64,000 nt of DNA. Origin: Fidelibacterota bacterium (GTDB lineage Bacteria; Fidelibacterota; Marinisomatia; Marinisomatales; Marinisomataceae). Each line of letters opens with the position of its first letter. Within the stretch, counting starts at the first letter, position 1. The notes beneath the pieces were generated by a model that saw nothing but the letters and a program-made list of their open reading frames with translations, did no database searches and had not been told where the DNA came from. Shown here piece by piece: positions 47,431 through 57,495 of this stretch. The stretch is from positions 484,149 to 548,148 of the forward strand of contig OZ243041.1 of the NCBI GenBank assembly GCA_965212055.1. The letters run 5' to 3'. Made by a program: the position numbers and the translations under genes.

Positions 47431-48531
47431 TTAAAGAATTTTATTTAGATCAGTGTGATTAAGGCTATGAGCTTCTGCTACTTCCCTATTTAGGAGGTGT
47501 CCTTTATGCGTATTTAAACCCATTTTTAATTCAGAGTTATCTTCTAAACCAACTATACCTTTATTAGCTAAATGCAATATATATGGTCGTGTAGCTTCGT
47601 TTAATGCATCTGTAGCAGTAAATGGTACCGCAGATGGAATATTCTTAACACAATAGTGAATAATATCATCAACTTCATAAGTAGGATTATCATGGGTTGT
47701 TGCTTTTGATGTTTCAAAACAACCTCCTTGATCAATTGAGACATCAGATAAAATACTCTTTGGCTGCATTAATTTTAACATTTCTCTTGTAATAAGAGTT
47801 GGAGGTTTTGCTCCTACCGTCAAAACTGCTCCAACAACAATGTCTGCATTAGGAAGAAGCTTATTTATGGTTTCTGAGGTTGAGATAGCAGTGTTTGCTT
47901 TAGGATAGGCCTCCTTGATGGCAAGTAGGCGTTCTTCATTAATATCTAAAATAGTTGTATTTGCTCCTAATCCTAAGCTTATTTCTAGTGCATTAACCCC
48001 AACAATACCTGCTCCAAGAATTATTACATTTGCAGGATCGGCAAGTGATGTACCTGATATCAGTTTTCCTTTTCCCTGATTACTCTTTTTTAGAAGTGAT
48101 ATACAGTCTAAGATTGCTAATCTACCCGCAATTTCACTCATTGGTTTTAACATTGGTAATTCATTATCAATGCTAACAGTTTCATAAGCAATGCTTGTGG
48201 TATTACAATCAAGTAGTTTTTCGGTTAATTCTTTGGAAGAACTTAAATGTAGATAGGTGAAAATTGTTTTATTTTTTAAAAGCTCTACTTCCTCAAAAGA
48301 AGGTTCTTTTACTTTAACAATTAGTTCTGCAGCATCAAAAACATCTATAGCTTCATCTAGGATAGTACAGCCAACTTGCTGATAATCAGAATTGCTGTAT
48401 CCACTATGGATTCCAGCATTATTCTCAACAAATACTTCATGTGAATTGTCTACGAGAAGTTTGGCAGTTTTAGGATTGATCCCAACACGATATTCTTGTG
48501 AAATAATTTCTTTAGGAACACCAATTTTCAT
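47431..48531 (-). CDS. ald: alanine dehydrogenase
   Basis: MKIGVPKEIISQEYRVGINP, the NAD-binding VIILGAGIVG, and 366 aa, collinear with bacterial Ald. Confidence 0.9.
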   Translation of the reverse strand: MKIGVPKEIISQEYRVGINPKTAKLLVDNSHEVFVENNAGIHSGYSNSDYQQVGCTILDEAIDVFDAAELIVKVKEPSFEEVELLKNKTIFTYLHLSSSKELTEKLLDCNTTSIAYETVSIDNELPMLKPMSEIAGRLAILDCISLLKKSNQGKGKLISGTSLADPANVIILGAGIVGVNALEISLGLGANTTILDINEERLLAIKEAYPKANTAISTSETINKLLPNADIVVGAVLTVGAKPPTLITREMLKLMQPKSILSDVSIDQGGCFETSKATTHDNPTYEVDDIIHYCVKNIPSAVPFTATDALNEATRPYILHLANKGIVGLEDNSELKMGLNTHKGHLLNREVAEAHSLNHTDLNKIL

Positions 48532-48552
48532 GAAGATCTACCTTTTTATTTA

Positions 48553-50628
48553 TTATTTAGGTTTATCTTTTACAAGTTTCATGCTAAAATTTAAACGACC
48601 TTGTTTATCAATTTCGAATAATTTTACTTTAACTTTGTCTCCCACTGATACCACATCTCTTACTTTATCCACTCTTTTCCAATCTAAGTGAGAAATATGA
48701 ACCAATCCTTCTCTCCCTGGGGCAAATTCGACAAATGCACCAAAATCAAGAGTTTTGGTAACTTTTCCATCAAATATAGAGCCAACTTTAGGATCTTCGG
48801 TAACTGCTTTAACTTGATTAACAGCATTATCAAGCGCTTTTCTATCTGCCGCTGACACACTAACAGTTCCGTCGTCTTCAATATTGATAACACATTCAGC
48901 GCTTTCTTGAATTGCTTTAATGTTCTTTCCTCCTGGACCAATAAGGGCTCCAATCTTCTCTTTATCAATCTTGAAAGATTCGATCTGTGGTGCATATTGA
49001 GACAATGCATCTGGAGAGCTTATTGCTTTATTCATTTCATCTAGAATATGCAACCTTCCCTTATTTGCTTGCTCTAACGCTATAGATAAAATTTCCATTG
49101 GAAGTCCAGGAACTTTTAAATCTAATTGGATAGCACTAATACCATCTTTAGTTCCAGCAACTTTAAAATCCATATCTCCATAGAAATCTTCAGTTCCCAA
49201 AATATCACTTAATACTGCATGATTTTCACCGTCAGTGATTAATCCCATTGCAATACCAGCAACATGCTCTTTAATAGGCACTCCTGCGTTCATCATAGCT
49301 AATGAACCACCACAAACTGATGCCATAGAAGAAGATCCATTTGATTCTGTAATTTCTGACACAACACGTATTGTGTATGGAAACTCCTCAGATGAAGGCA
49401 ATATAGGTTTTAGCGATCTTTCTGCTAAATGACCATGGCCAATCTCTCTTCTATTCGTGAAACCAATTCTTCCAGTTTCTCCTACACAGTAAGGAGGGAA
49501 ATTATAGTGCAACATAAATGATTTTTTATAATCACTCGTCATTGAATCTATAATCTGTTCATCTCTAGCATTACCCAAGGTAAGCGCAACGATTGATTGC
49601 GTTTCACCTCTAGTGAATAAAACAGATCCATGAACTCGAGGCAATAATGATGGGACAATACTAATTGCTCTAATATCGTCTAATCCTCTACCATCAACTC
49701 TAACTTTTTTCTCTAATACAGTTTTTCTCACTGCATTTTTAAACATAGTTTTAACATATTCTTTTACTTCAGAATATATCTTTTCATCTTCTAAATGTGG
49801 GTCTGATGCTTCTTTAACTATGTCGTTATACGCATTTTCTCTCTCTTTTTTGCCTTCGATATCAAAAAGTTTATCAATCTTTGATGAATAGGTTTTATCG
49901 AGAGATTTTTCAATCTCATCACTCAATGGTTTTGAATCATCAATTTCATAAGAATTATCAAATTGATCTTCAAATTCTAACTGTAAATCCACAATATCAT
50001 TAATACCTTCCATTGCAATATCTAATGCTTCTAAAATTGTTTTTTCAGGTACAAAGTTAGAACCACCCTCAATCATACAAATTTTATCTTTTTTACCGGT
50101 TACCATCAAATCTAAATCAGATGATTCCATTTGTTCTAGTGTAGGATTTAAAACATATTCTCCGTCTACTAATCCTACTTTAACAGAAGCTATTGGACCA
50201 TCAAATGGTACTGGTGATAATAACAATGCTGCAGAAGCACCAATTGCTGCTACTACATCCGGTGTATTTACACCATCATAAGACATTGTGGTTAACATAA
50301 TCTGTAGTTCATTTCTATAATTCTTAGGAATTAAAGGTCTAATTGGACGATCTGTTAGACGTGAAGTTAAAACTTCAGCATCTGTTGGTTTCGCCTCTCT
50401 TTTAAAGAAACCTCCGGGTATTTTTCCACCCGCATAATGTTTTTCTCTATATTCAACCTGCATTGGAAGAAAGTTTATACCTTCTCTCGGTTCAGATGAA
50501 CAACATACTGCTGCAAGCATTGCAGTGTCTCCATACGTAATAAATACGGATCCACCCGCTTGTCTTGCTATTTGGCCAGATTCAATCTTTAATAGTCTGC
50601 CAGCTATATTTTTTTCTACTTTTATCAT
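48553..50628 (-). CDS. pnp: polyribonucleotide nucleotidyltransferase (PNPase)
   Basis: Two RNase PH domains plus KH and S1 (GKVTKTLDFGAFVEF). 691 aa. rpsO-pnp context. Confidence 0.95.
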   Translation of the reverse strand: MIKVEKNIAGRLLKIESGQIARQAGGSVFITYGDTAMLAAVCCSSEPREGINFLPMQVEYREKHYAGGKIPGGFFKREAKPTDAEVLTSRLTDRPIRPLIPKNYRNELQIMLTTMSYDGVNTPDVVAAIGASAALLLSPVPFDGPIASVKVGLVDGEYVLNPTLEQMESSDLDLMVTGKKDKICMIEGGSNFVPEKTILEALDIAMEGINDIVDLQLEFEDQFDNSYEIDDSKPLSDEIEKSLDKTYSSKIDKLFDIEGKKERENAYNDIVKEASDPHLEDEKIYSEVKEYVKTMFKNAVRKTVLEKKVRVDGRGLDDIRAISIVPSLLPRVHGSVLFTRGETQSIVALTLGNARDEQIIDSMTSDYKKSFMLHYNFPPYCVGETGRIGFTNRREIGHGHLAERSLKPILPSSEEFPYTIRVVSEITESNGSSSMASVCGGSLAMMNAGVPIKEHVAGIAMGLITDGENHAVLSDILGTEDFYGDMDFKVAGTKDGISAIQLDLKVPGLPMEILSIALEQANKGRLHILDEMNKAISSPDALSQYAPQIESFKIDKEKIGALIGPGGKNIKAIQESAECVINIEDDGTVSVSAADRKALDNAVNQVKAVTEDPKVGSIFDGKVTKTLDFGAFVEFAPGREGLVHISHLDWKRVDKVRDVVSVGDKVKVKLFEIDKQGRLNFSMKLVKDKPK

Positions 50629-50637
50629 ATTCTTTCT

Positions 50638-50907
50638 TTATAATCCTCTTATGGATAGTTTTTCTATTAATTCATCATAACTATCACTATTCGTTTTTCT
50701 TAAATACTTTAATTGTTTTTTTCTTTGTGACACAAGTTTAACCAAACCATGTCTAGAATGAACATCTTTTTTATTATCTTTAACATGCTCAGTTAATGAT
50801 CTGATACGATCAGTAAGAAGCGCTATTTGGGCTTCACTACTACCTGTGTTTTTTTCATCTAATCCAATGTCTTGGATAAGCTTATTTGTTTCTTTACTAT
50901 ATTTCAT
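50638..50907 (-). CDS. rpsO: 30S ribosomal protein S15
   Basis: 89 aa. GSSEAQIALLTDRIRSLTEHVKDNKKDVHSRHGLVKLVSQRKKQLKYL. Confidence 0.95.
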   Translation of the reverse strand: MKYSKETNKLIQDIGLDEKNTGSSEAQIALLTDRIRSLTEHVKDNKKDVHSRHGLVKLVSQRKKQLKYLRKTNSDSYDELIEKLSIRGL

Positions 50908-51847
50908 AATTCTCCTTGGAAGAATCTATCAATTTAATACATACTTCCTTGTCTTTTTCAATTTGTTTGACCAATGTTTCTTTATTGTCAAACTTCTTTT
51001 CATCTCTAATTTTTAATAAAAATTCGATATAAAAACTCTTATCATATAAGTCGCTGAATTTATTAGATAATATGTGAACTTCCATAACAAATTTTTTTTC
51101 ATTAAAAGTAGGTCTAAACCCAATATTGCACATGCCAAAATATTTTTCTCCCTCTAAAGTAACCCTTGAGAAATATACTCCATCTTGAGGAAGGACTTGA
51201 TGCTTATTAATTGCAACAAAATTTGCAGTAGGATAATTCAATGATTTTCCTCTATGTGAACCATGAACAACTCTTGCTTTAAATCCATAGAATCTCCCTA
51301 ATAGCGATGGTACAATATCTAATTTTCCATCTCTGATTAACATTCTTATTTCTGTGCTTGAGATTATTCTATCATCAGTCTTTTTAGTCTTTGGAGTAAA
51401 TAGATCAATATTCTTATCTAAACAAAATTTGACAAGAAAATCTAAGTTTCCTTCTTTCTTAAAACCAAAGTAATGGTTTTCTCCAACAGCAATTAATTTA
51501 GGATTAAATGTTTTGCTAATGATTCCATCTGCAAAATCAGCAGCAGTGACTTTTGAAAATTTTTCTGTAAAAGGTATAACAAGTACTTTATCAACACCCA
51601 TTTTTTCTAATGCTTTTAATTTTGATTCCGTACTTTGAATGTTGATTGGACTGCCTTCATCTCTTAGGATATAATATGGATTTGGATCAAATGTAATAAC
51701 ACATGACGGAATTGCATTCTTTTTACCAAATGCAACGATATAATTGATAACATCTTGATGACCTAAATGAATACCATCATAGTTTCCAACAGTAAGAACC
51801 GACGATTTAAGTGGTTCTAAATCTTTAAGCGATTTTATAACTTCCAT
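50897..51847 (-). CDS. ribF: bifunctional riboflavin kinase / FMN adenylyltransferase
   Basis: VGNYDGIHLGHQ N-terminal nucleotidyltransferase motif. The C-terminal riboflavin kinase region (GRFYGFKARVVHGSHRGKSLNYPTAN). Confidence 0.92.
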   Translation of the reverse strand: MEVIKSLKDLEPLKSSVLTVGNYDGIHLGHQDVINYIVAFGKKNAIPSCVITFDPNPYYILRDEGSPINIQSTESKLKALEKMGVDKVLVIPFTEKFSKVTAADFADGIISKTFNPKLIAVGENHYFGFKKEGNLDFLVKFCLDKNIDLFTPKTKKTDDRIISSTEIRMLIRDGKLDIVPSLLGRFYGFKARVVHGSHRGKSLNYPTANFVAINKHQVLPQDGVYFSRVTLEGEKYFGMCNIGFRPTFNEKKFVMEVHILSNKFSDLYDKSFYIEFLLKIRDEKKFDNKETLVKQIEKDKEVCIKLIDSSKENYEI

Positions 51848-52476
51848 TTTTCTTCAAATTTTTCTACTGTGATCGATTCTTTTATCTCGAAAGGACCTAC
51901 TTTTGTTCTTGTTAACTCAACTAGATGTCCTACAGTCCCAATTTGTGAGCAAATATCTTCAGCTAAAACTCTAATATATGTTCCTGAAGAACATTTAACT
52001 TCTATTGCTAGCATGTCCTTATCATGTAAAGAACAGTGCAGATCTTTGATTTCAATCTCTTTTGGATTCCTGTCTACAGAGATATTTTTTCGAGCTAGTT
52101 TATAAAGACGAACTCCATTGATTTTTCTTGCAGAATACATAGGAGGTTTCTGCATATGTTTTCCAATAAACGACTTAGCCAGTGCATCCAAATCAATATC
52201 CTTAATCTCTGGAATATCTTTTTTCTCTATAACGGTCCCTGTAAGGTCTTTTGTATCAGTCTTCTCCCCTAATTTTATAAGTCCTCTATACCTCTTATCA
52301 TATTCTATAATCTCTGATAATTTCTTTGTTGATTTTCCGATACCTAATATCAATACTCCATCAGCAAATGGATCTAAAGTTCCAGAATGTCCAACTTTTT
52401 CGGATGTAATTTTTTTTACTTGTTTGACTATGCTAAATGAAGTATAGCTTTTTGGTTTATAAAGATTGTATATCAC
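51835..52476 (-). CDS. truB: tRNA pseudouridine(55) synthase
   Basis: KVGHSGTLDPFADGVLILGIGKSTK (catalytic Asp motif). Short form, 213 aa. Confidence 0.9.
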   Translation of the reverse strand: MIYNLYKPKSYTSFSIVKQVKKITSEKVGHSGTLDPFADGVLILGIGKSTKKLSEIIEYDKRYRGLIKLGEKTDTKDLTGTVIEKKDIPEIKDIDLDALAKSFIGKHMQKPPMYSARKINGVRLYKLARKNISVDRNPKEIEIKDLHCSLHDKDMLAIEVKCSSGTYIRVLAEDICSQIGTVGHLVELTRTKVGPFEIKESITVEKFEEKWKL

Positions 52477-52477
52477 T

Positions 52478-52825
52478 TTAATTAATTTTATTTATCAGGT
52501 TATTTATTTTCTCAAACTCCTCAAAAGAATTATCATATATAAATTTTAACGTAGGGGTAAATTTTAATCTAATCTGTGCTGCAACATGTTTACGAAAAAG
52601 TGGTACCATATTGTTTAATTCTGTATTAATTAATTCAATTTCTTTCGTAGGATTGATGATGCTATAAAATATGTTAGCATGTTTTAAATCTGCAGTCATC
52701 TTGATAGAAGAAAATGTTAAAAAACCATACTTCCGTAAATCAATATCTTTAGATAAAATTTGATTCACAATTTTTAAGAGTTCTTGTTCAACTCTTTCTA
52801 CTCTAGAAAATGGTTTTATATTCAC
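52478..52825 (-). CDS. rbfA: ribosome-binding factor A
   Basis: RVERVEQELLKIVNQIL...ADLKHANIFYS, 115 aa, in the infB-rbfA-truB context. Confidence 0.9.
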   Translation of the reverse strand: MNIKPFSRVERVEQELLKIVNQILSKDIDLRKYGFLTFSSIKMTADLKHANIFYSIINPTKEIELINTELNNMVPLFRKHVAAQIRLKFTPTLKFIYDNSFEEFEKINNLINKIN

Positions 52826-52827
52826 GT

Positions 52828-55140
52828 TTAAGATAGTTTTCTTTTAATCTCATTAATCTTGTATGCAATGATCTTATCTCCAGGAAGATATTTCTTTATT
52901 CCCTCAATCGCTATACCACACTCTAACCCTGTTTCAACAGTACTTACATCATCTTTAAAACGTTTAAGTGATAGAATTTTCCCATCTTTAATAATTTCTT
53001 CTTCTTCTCTAACAAGTTTAACGAGAGAATCTCTAGTAATTGTACCGCTCTCTACTTGAGATCCTGCAATAAAGCCAATTTTTGGAATTTTAAATGTTTC
53101 TTTGACGATTGCTTCTCCAACGATTTCTTCAACAAGATCTGGTTTTAACAGTCCTTCTACCGCTAATTTTAGATCTTCTACAGCTTGATAAATAATATTA
53201 TAAGACCTTATCTCAACATTGCTTTGATCTGCCTGTAATCGCGTATTTGAAGGTGTCTGTACATTAAACGCTAAAATAACAGCATTAGATGCTTCTCCAA
53301 GCAATACGTCTGATTCTGTAACATTTCCAACACCTTTGTGAACAATGTCTACACCAACTTCATCATGTTTTATTTTCTCCAAACTCTCACCCAACGCTTC
53401 AATAGATCCATCAGAATCAGCTTTAATAATGATATTTAAATTATTTACATCCCCTTCTTTAATTTGAGCTGAAATAGAATCTAGAGTATTCTTCTTTACT
53501 GTTGAAAATTCAATTTCTCTTTTAATTCTTTGTCTTTCATTTGCAATTTTCTTTAAATCAGATTCATTTTCAACTTCTGCAAAAATATCTCCAGATTGAG
53601 GAACTTGATCAAATCCAAGTACTTGCACTGCATCTGAGGGTTCTGCTGATTGAATACGATCATTTCTTTCATTCATAATTGCTCGTACTTTTCCTGGAAA
53701 ATTATTACATATAAATGGTATTCCAATCTTTAGAGTACCTTTCTTAACTAATACTGTAGCAATAGGCCCTAATCCTTTGTCTAATCTGGAATCAATCACA
53801 ATTCCTTTAGATAAAATTTCTGTATTTGCTTTTAGATCTAAAACTTCAGATTCCAATAAAATAGCCTCCATTAGCCCTTCAATTCCTTCTCCTGTTTTCG
53901 CAGAAGTATTAATAGACTGTATTTTTCCGCCCCAATCTTCTACAAGAACATCTTTCTCCGATAATTCTCTTTTTACTTTTTCAATGTCTGCTTCTGGTTT
54001 ATCAACCTTATTAATTGCAACAATAATTGGAACTTCAGCTGCTTTGGCATGATTAATTGCTTCAATAGTTTGTGGCATAACGCTATCATCTGCTGCTACT
54101 ACAAGAATAACAATATCAGTAGATTTTGCTCCTCTAGCTCTCATTGAAGTAAATGCTTCATGTCCTGGAGTATCTAAAAATGTAATTTTATTATCTTTAT
54201 AATCAACTTGATATGCACCAATTCTTTGGGTAATTCCTCCAGACTCACCTGCTACTACATTTGTTTCTCTGATATGATCTAAGATAGATGTTTTACCATG
54301 ATCTACATGACCCATGATAGTAACAACTGAAGGACGACTAATAGCATTCTTTAATTCTTCATCAGAATGTGCTGTAACAAACAAATCATCAACCACTTCT
54401 TCAAATCTTTTTAGCTCACAACCATACTCTTCTGCAATAAGTTCAATAATTTCCCATTCTAGTCTTTGATTCACGGTTGCTAGATAACCCATTTGTAAAC
54501 ATTTTGCAATAATTTCACTTGAATTAACATCAAGTACTTTAGCAATTTCATCTACGCTAGCATATTCTGCCAACTCTATAACTCTCTTACCGTCTGTTGC
54601 ATCTACTTCTACTTCTTTTTTAGTCTTTTTATAAGATTTTTTCTTACGGCTTGTATCAATCTCTGCTAATGTTTGTTTTAATCTTTTTTCTGCAGATGTA
54701 TCAGTTTTTACTGTAGTTTTTTTAGTTTTCTTTTCTTTTCTAGGAGAGAGTTCTGTTAACGTAATTTTCCTAAGTTTCTTTTTTGGTTCAACTTTCTTTG
54801 ATGTTTTCTTTTCTTCTTTATCTGTTTTTTTCTCTGCTTCTTTTTTCTCTTCTTCTTTTTTCTCATCTTTAACAGATAGAATCTTAAATTCCTTAATAGA
54901 TTTGGTCTCCATTACTATTTTAGAGTCATGAATTTCCTTTCTAACTTGTTCTTTTCTATCTCTCTCTGCAGATTGTCTATCTTTGGCAAATTCAGTATAA
55001 ATTAATTGTTGAGTTTTCCCATCTACTGGTGACATTGGACTCGTGGCTGATATTTTATTTTCCTTTAGAAACTCTATTATATCAGTATGAGATATGTTTA
55101 ATTCTTTCGCTAAATCAAAAACTTTTTTTGAATCGCTCAT
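52828..55140 (-). CDS. infB: translation initiation factor IF-2
   Basis: K/E-rich N-terminus. GTPase motifs [18 protein letters not shown]. 770 aa. Confidence 0.95.
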   Translation of the reverse strand: MSDSKKVFDLAKELNISHTDIIEFLKENKISATSPMSPVDGKTQQLIYTEFAKDRQSAERDRKEQVRKEIHDSKIVMETKSIKEFKILSVKDEKKEEEKKEAEKKTDKEEKKTSKKVEPKKKLRKITLTELSPRKEKKTKKTTVKTDTSAEKRLKQTLAEIDTSRKKKSYKKTKKEVEVDATDGKRVIELAEYASVDEIAKVLDVNSSEIIAKCLQMGYLATVNQRLEWEIIELIAEEYGCELKRFEEVVDDLFVTAHSDEELKNAISRPSVVTIMGHVDHGKTSILDHIRETNVVAGESGGITQRIGAYQVDYKDNKITFLDTPGHEAFTSMRARGAKSTDIVILVVAADDSVMPQTIEAINHAKAAEVPIIVAINKVDKPEADIEKVKRELSEKDVLVEDWGGKIQSINTSAKTGEGIEGLMEAILLESEVLDLKANTEILSKGIVIDSRLDKGLGPIATVLVKKGTLKIGIPFICNNFPGKVRAIMNERNDRIQSAEPSDAVQVLGFDQVPQSGDIFAEVENESDLKKIANERQRIKREIEFSTVKKNTLDSISAQIKEGDVNNLNIIIKADSDGSIEALGESLEKIKHDEVGVDIVHKGVGNVTESDVLLGEASNAVILAFNVQTPSNTRLQADQSNVEIRSYNIIYQAVEDLKLAVEGLLKPDLVEEIVGEAIVKETFKIPKIGFIAGSQVESGTITRDSLVKLVREEEEIIKDGKILSLKRFKDDVSTVETGLECGIAIEGIKKYLPGDKIIAYKINEIKRKLS

Positions 55141-55149
55141 TAATTATTT

Positions 55150-55410
55150 TCCTCTTCCTCAACTGGAGCTTCTTCTGCAACTTCTTCCTCAACTGGAGCT
55201 TCTTCTTCGGCTGGAGCTTCTTCTGCAACTTCTTCCTCAACTGGAGCTTCTTCTGCAACTTCTTCCTCAACTGGAGCTTCTTCTTCGGCTGGAGCTTCTT
55301 CTGCAACTTCTTCCTCAACTGGAGCTTCTTCTTCGGCTGGAGCTTCTTCTGCAACTTGGAGCTTCTTCTGCAACTGGAGCTTCTTCTTCTTCCTCAACTG
55401 GAGCTTCTTC
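55150..55410. repeat. coding tandem repeat (30-nt and 48-nt units) encoding VAEEAPVEEE / VAEEAPAEEEAPVEEE acidic modules
   Basis: GGAGC anchors at 55165, 55195, 55213, 55243, 55273, 55291, 55321, 55339, 55358, 55376 and 55400. The spacings are 30, 18, 30, 30, 18, 30, 18, 19, 18, 24. Confidence 0.9.
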
Positions 55411-56664
55411 AGGTTTATTTAGATCTATAAATTTATCTACTGCAACACTTATAGAATTTATTTCATCAACAGATAACTCTAATTCATCAACAAGGACTTT
55501 TTTCTTGGCTGACAAATAATCTGCTACTGAAACAATATCAACTCCTGCAAGCTTCTTAATTACTGCTTTTTTAATACCTTTTAGACTATCTAAGTCAGTT
55601 TTCTGATTTAATAATACTTCCTCATATTCTTTCTCAGTGTATGCATCAATAGTGTATTCGGTCAATTTTGCTGCTAGATTAATATTAACACCACTTCTAC
55701 CAACTGCACTTTCAAGTTCTCCCTCATTGAAAATAGCAATACAATATTTTCTATCATCATCTATGTATAAATCAATTGGTTTTGCTGGAGAGAGTGCTCT
55801 TGTAATAAAGATTTCAGATCTTTCAGTAAAATTAACGATATCAATTTTTTCGTTATTTAATTCTCTAACGATTGCTTGAATACGACTTCCTCTCATTCCA
55901 ACACAAGCTCCTACCGCATCAATTCTCTTGTCAATAGAATGAACAATAATCTTACTTCTTTCTCCAGGTTTTCTTGCAATCCCTTTAATTTCAATAATTC
56001 CATCTTCAATTTCTGGAACTTCCATTTCAAATAATTTATATAGGAATAAATCATCGCTTCTTGAAATAATAATATCTGGTCCTTTAGGCGTTACGTCAAC
56101 AGACTTAATCAGAGCTCTAATAGTATCCCCTCTTCTAAATCTTTCTGAAAATATTTGTTCAGTACGTGGCATTCGTAGTTCAGTGTGCTCAATATTAACA
56201 AAGGTATTCTCTCTATGAACTTGATGGACGGTTCCTATAACAACTTCCCCAATTCTTTGGATGTAATCTTCGTATATATATTGTTGTTGTACTTCTCTTG
56301 TTCTTTTATTTAAGAATTGTCTAGCATTTGAGATTAATCTTCTACCAAACCTTGCAGGATCAATTACTTCGACAAAAGTATCTCCAAGCTTTAAATCAGA
56401 TAATTCTGGTTCAAGCTCTAAGGCTCTCTCAAGAGTAATATCAAAATGATCGTCATCGACATGATCAACAATTGTTTTTTCAACATAAATTTCTATCTCA
56501 CCCTTATCAAGATTGACAATAACACTGCAATTCTCTGAATCCCCTGTTTCTTTATCGATAATAAATAAAAACAAGTCTTCAATTATCGTTCCTAATTCAG
56601 AACGTTCAATATTTTTCTCTCGAGCAAGCTCAATAAAAATGTCAATCAAATCTCTATTTATCAT
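55315..56664 (-). CDS. nusA: transcription termination/antitermination factor NusA (C-terminal acidic tail apparently frameshifted; the likely true end is 55140)
   Basis: N-terminal domain, S1 (GEVVIGTVHQV), two KH domains (GACVGMRGSRIQAIVREL..). The called ORF ends ..EEAPSCRRSSSRRRSSS, while another frame continues the acidic repeat to a TAA overlapping the infB ATG (TAATG). Confidence 0.9.
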   Translation of the reverse strand: MINRDLIDIFIELAREKNIERSELGTIIEDLFLFIIDKETGDSENCSVIVNLDKGEIEIYVEKTIVDHVDDDHFDITLERALELEPELSDLKLGDTFVEVIDPARFGRRLISNARQFLNKRTREVQQQYIYEDYIQRIGEVVIGTVHQVHRENTFVNIEHTELRMPRTEQIFSERFRRGDTIRALIKSVDVTPKGPDIIISRSDDLFLYKLFEMEVPEIEDGIIEIKGIARKPGERSKIIVHSIDKRIDAVGACVGMRGSRIQAIVRELNNEKIDIVNFTERSEIFITRALSPAKPIDLYIDDDRKYCIAIFNEGELESAVGRSGVNINLAAKLTEYTIDAYTEKEYEEVLLNQKTDLDSLKGIKKAVIKKLAGVDIVSVADYLSAKKKVLVDELELSVDEINSISVAVDKFIDLNKPEEAPVEEEEEAPVAEEAPSCRRSSSRRRSSS

Positions 56665-56690
56665 ATACCATCCTTATTTTTTACTATAAC

Positions 56691-56709
56691 AAAAATGGGC
56701 CGTAGCCCA
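56691..56709 (-). terminator. small rho-independent terminator between the TPR-like gene and nusA
   Basis: On the - strand: TGGGC-TACG-GCCCA followed by TTTTTG. Confidence 0.5.
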
Positions 56710-56760
56710 CTCAAAATACCATTGGAATATATTTATTAAAATTCGTTTAAACAAGAAAAC

Positions 56761-57495
56761 TTAGCTGAGCATCCACAGCAATGCTATAACAGCAACTGCT
56801 GCTATACCTACCCACGTCCATGTACCAATGCCACTGCCATCAGATGTTGCTTCTTCTGCACCATGTCCATCTGCCATTGATGATGCCATCCCATATGTAT
56901 GCTCAAACATTTCTTTATAAGCGTTATTTTCAAGTTCAATAGCGTCTAGGATTTCTAGCGCTTCTTCTTTATTGTTATCATTAATCATACGTTTTGCTTT
57001 AAGAATAGAGATATAATTTTTCTCGGTTTGAGAAATGGTAGCTTTTTGTGCTGAATTAAGAAGATGCATTGCTTTTTTGGAATCTGTTTCCATATGTGCT
57101 AACATGATATATGCTTCTGTTTTCAGGTTTGGGTACTCAAGATTTTTTACTGATTCTTTGAGAAGAGTAGAGGCTTTATCAGTATCATTATTAATAAATG
57201 CAATTCTTCCAAGATAAAACTTGGCATGATCGGCTGATTTGGTTCCACTATAGTCCTCTACTATCATCGATAATTGAAGCTCTGAATTATCAAAATCTCC
57301 TCTTTCAAGATGCACTAGTGAATTACTAAGTTGTTCATGTGCTTCTAACTCTTTTTTATCTACTGATGAAGTCCAGATGACTCCCGAAACAAATCCTACT
57401 ACAACACTGACTAGAAATATGTTTATAGTTCTTTTATTGTCTTTATAGTAGGCACTAATTTGTTTTAAATAATTTTCCATTATCGTTATTTCCAA
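56761..57495 (-). CDS. membrane-anchored TPR-like (YfgM-like) protein
   Basis: N-terminal TM (IFLVSVVVGFVSGVIW), helical repeat region (AKFYLGRIAF..., EAYIMLAHME...), C-terminal TM (WVGIAAVAVIALLWML). Weak family assignment. Confidence 0.4.
   Translation of the reverse strand: MEITIMENYLKQISAYYKDNKRTINIFLVSVVVGFVSGVIWTSSVDKKELEAHEQLSNSLVHLERGDFDNSELQLSMIVEDYSGTKSADHAKFYLGRIAFINNDTDKASTLLKESVKNLEYPNLKTEAYIMLAHMETDSKKAMHLLNSAQKATISQTEKNYISILKAKRMINDNNKEEALEILDAIELENNAYKEMFEHTYGMASSMADGHGAEEATSDGSGIGTWTWVGIAAVAVIALLWMLS

Noticed and set aside
55150-55410. A regular short-period repeat that might be mistaken for a CRISPR-like array
   Set aside because: The units (18/30/48 nt) are contiguous with no unique spacers. 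They are in-frame coding repeats for an acidic protein tail, and no cas genes are present.
55029-55519. ORFs on the + strand (133 and 141 aa) and a - strand 79-aa ORF, all with striking periodic sequence (NWSFFCNFFL..., LELLLQLLPQ..., KKLQLRKKLQ...)
   Set aside because: These are alternative-frame and antisense readings of the nusA acidic tandem repeat. The periodicity comes from the repeat, not from independent genes.
56665-56760. Absence of rimP upstream of nusA
   Set aside because: Only a terminator and a TPR-like gene lie upstream. This is just a gene-order difference, since rimP may be elsewhere in the genome, and it cannot be evaluated from one window.
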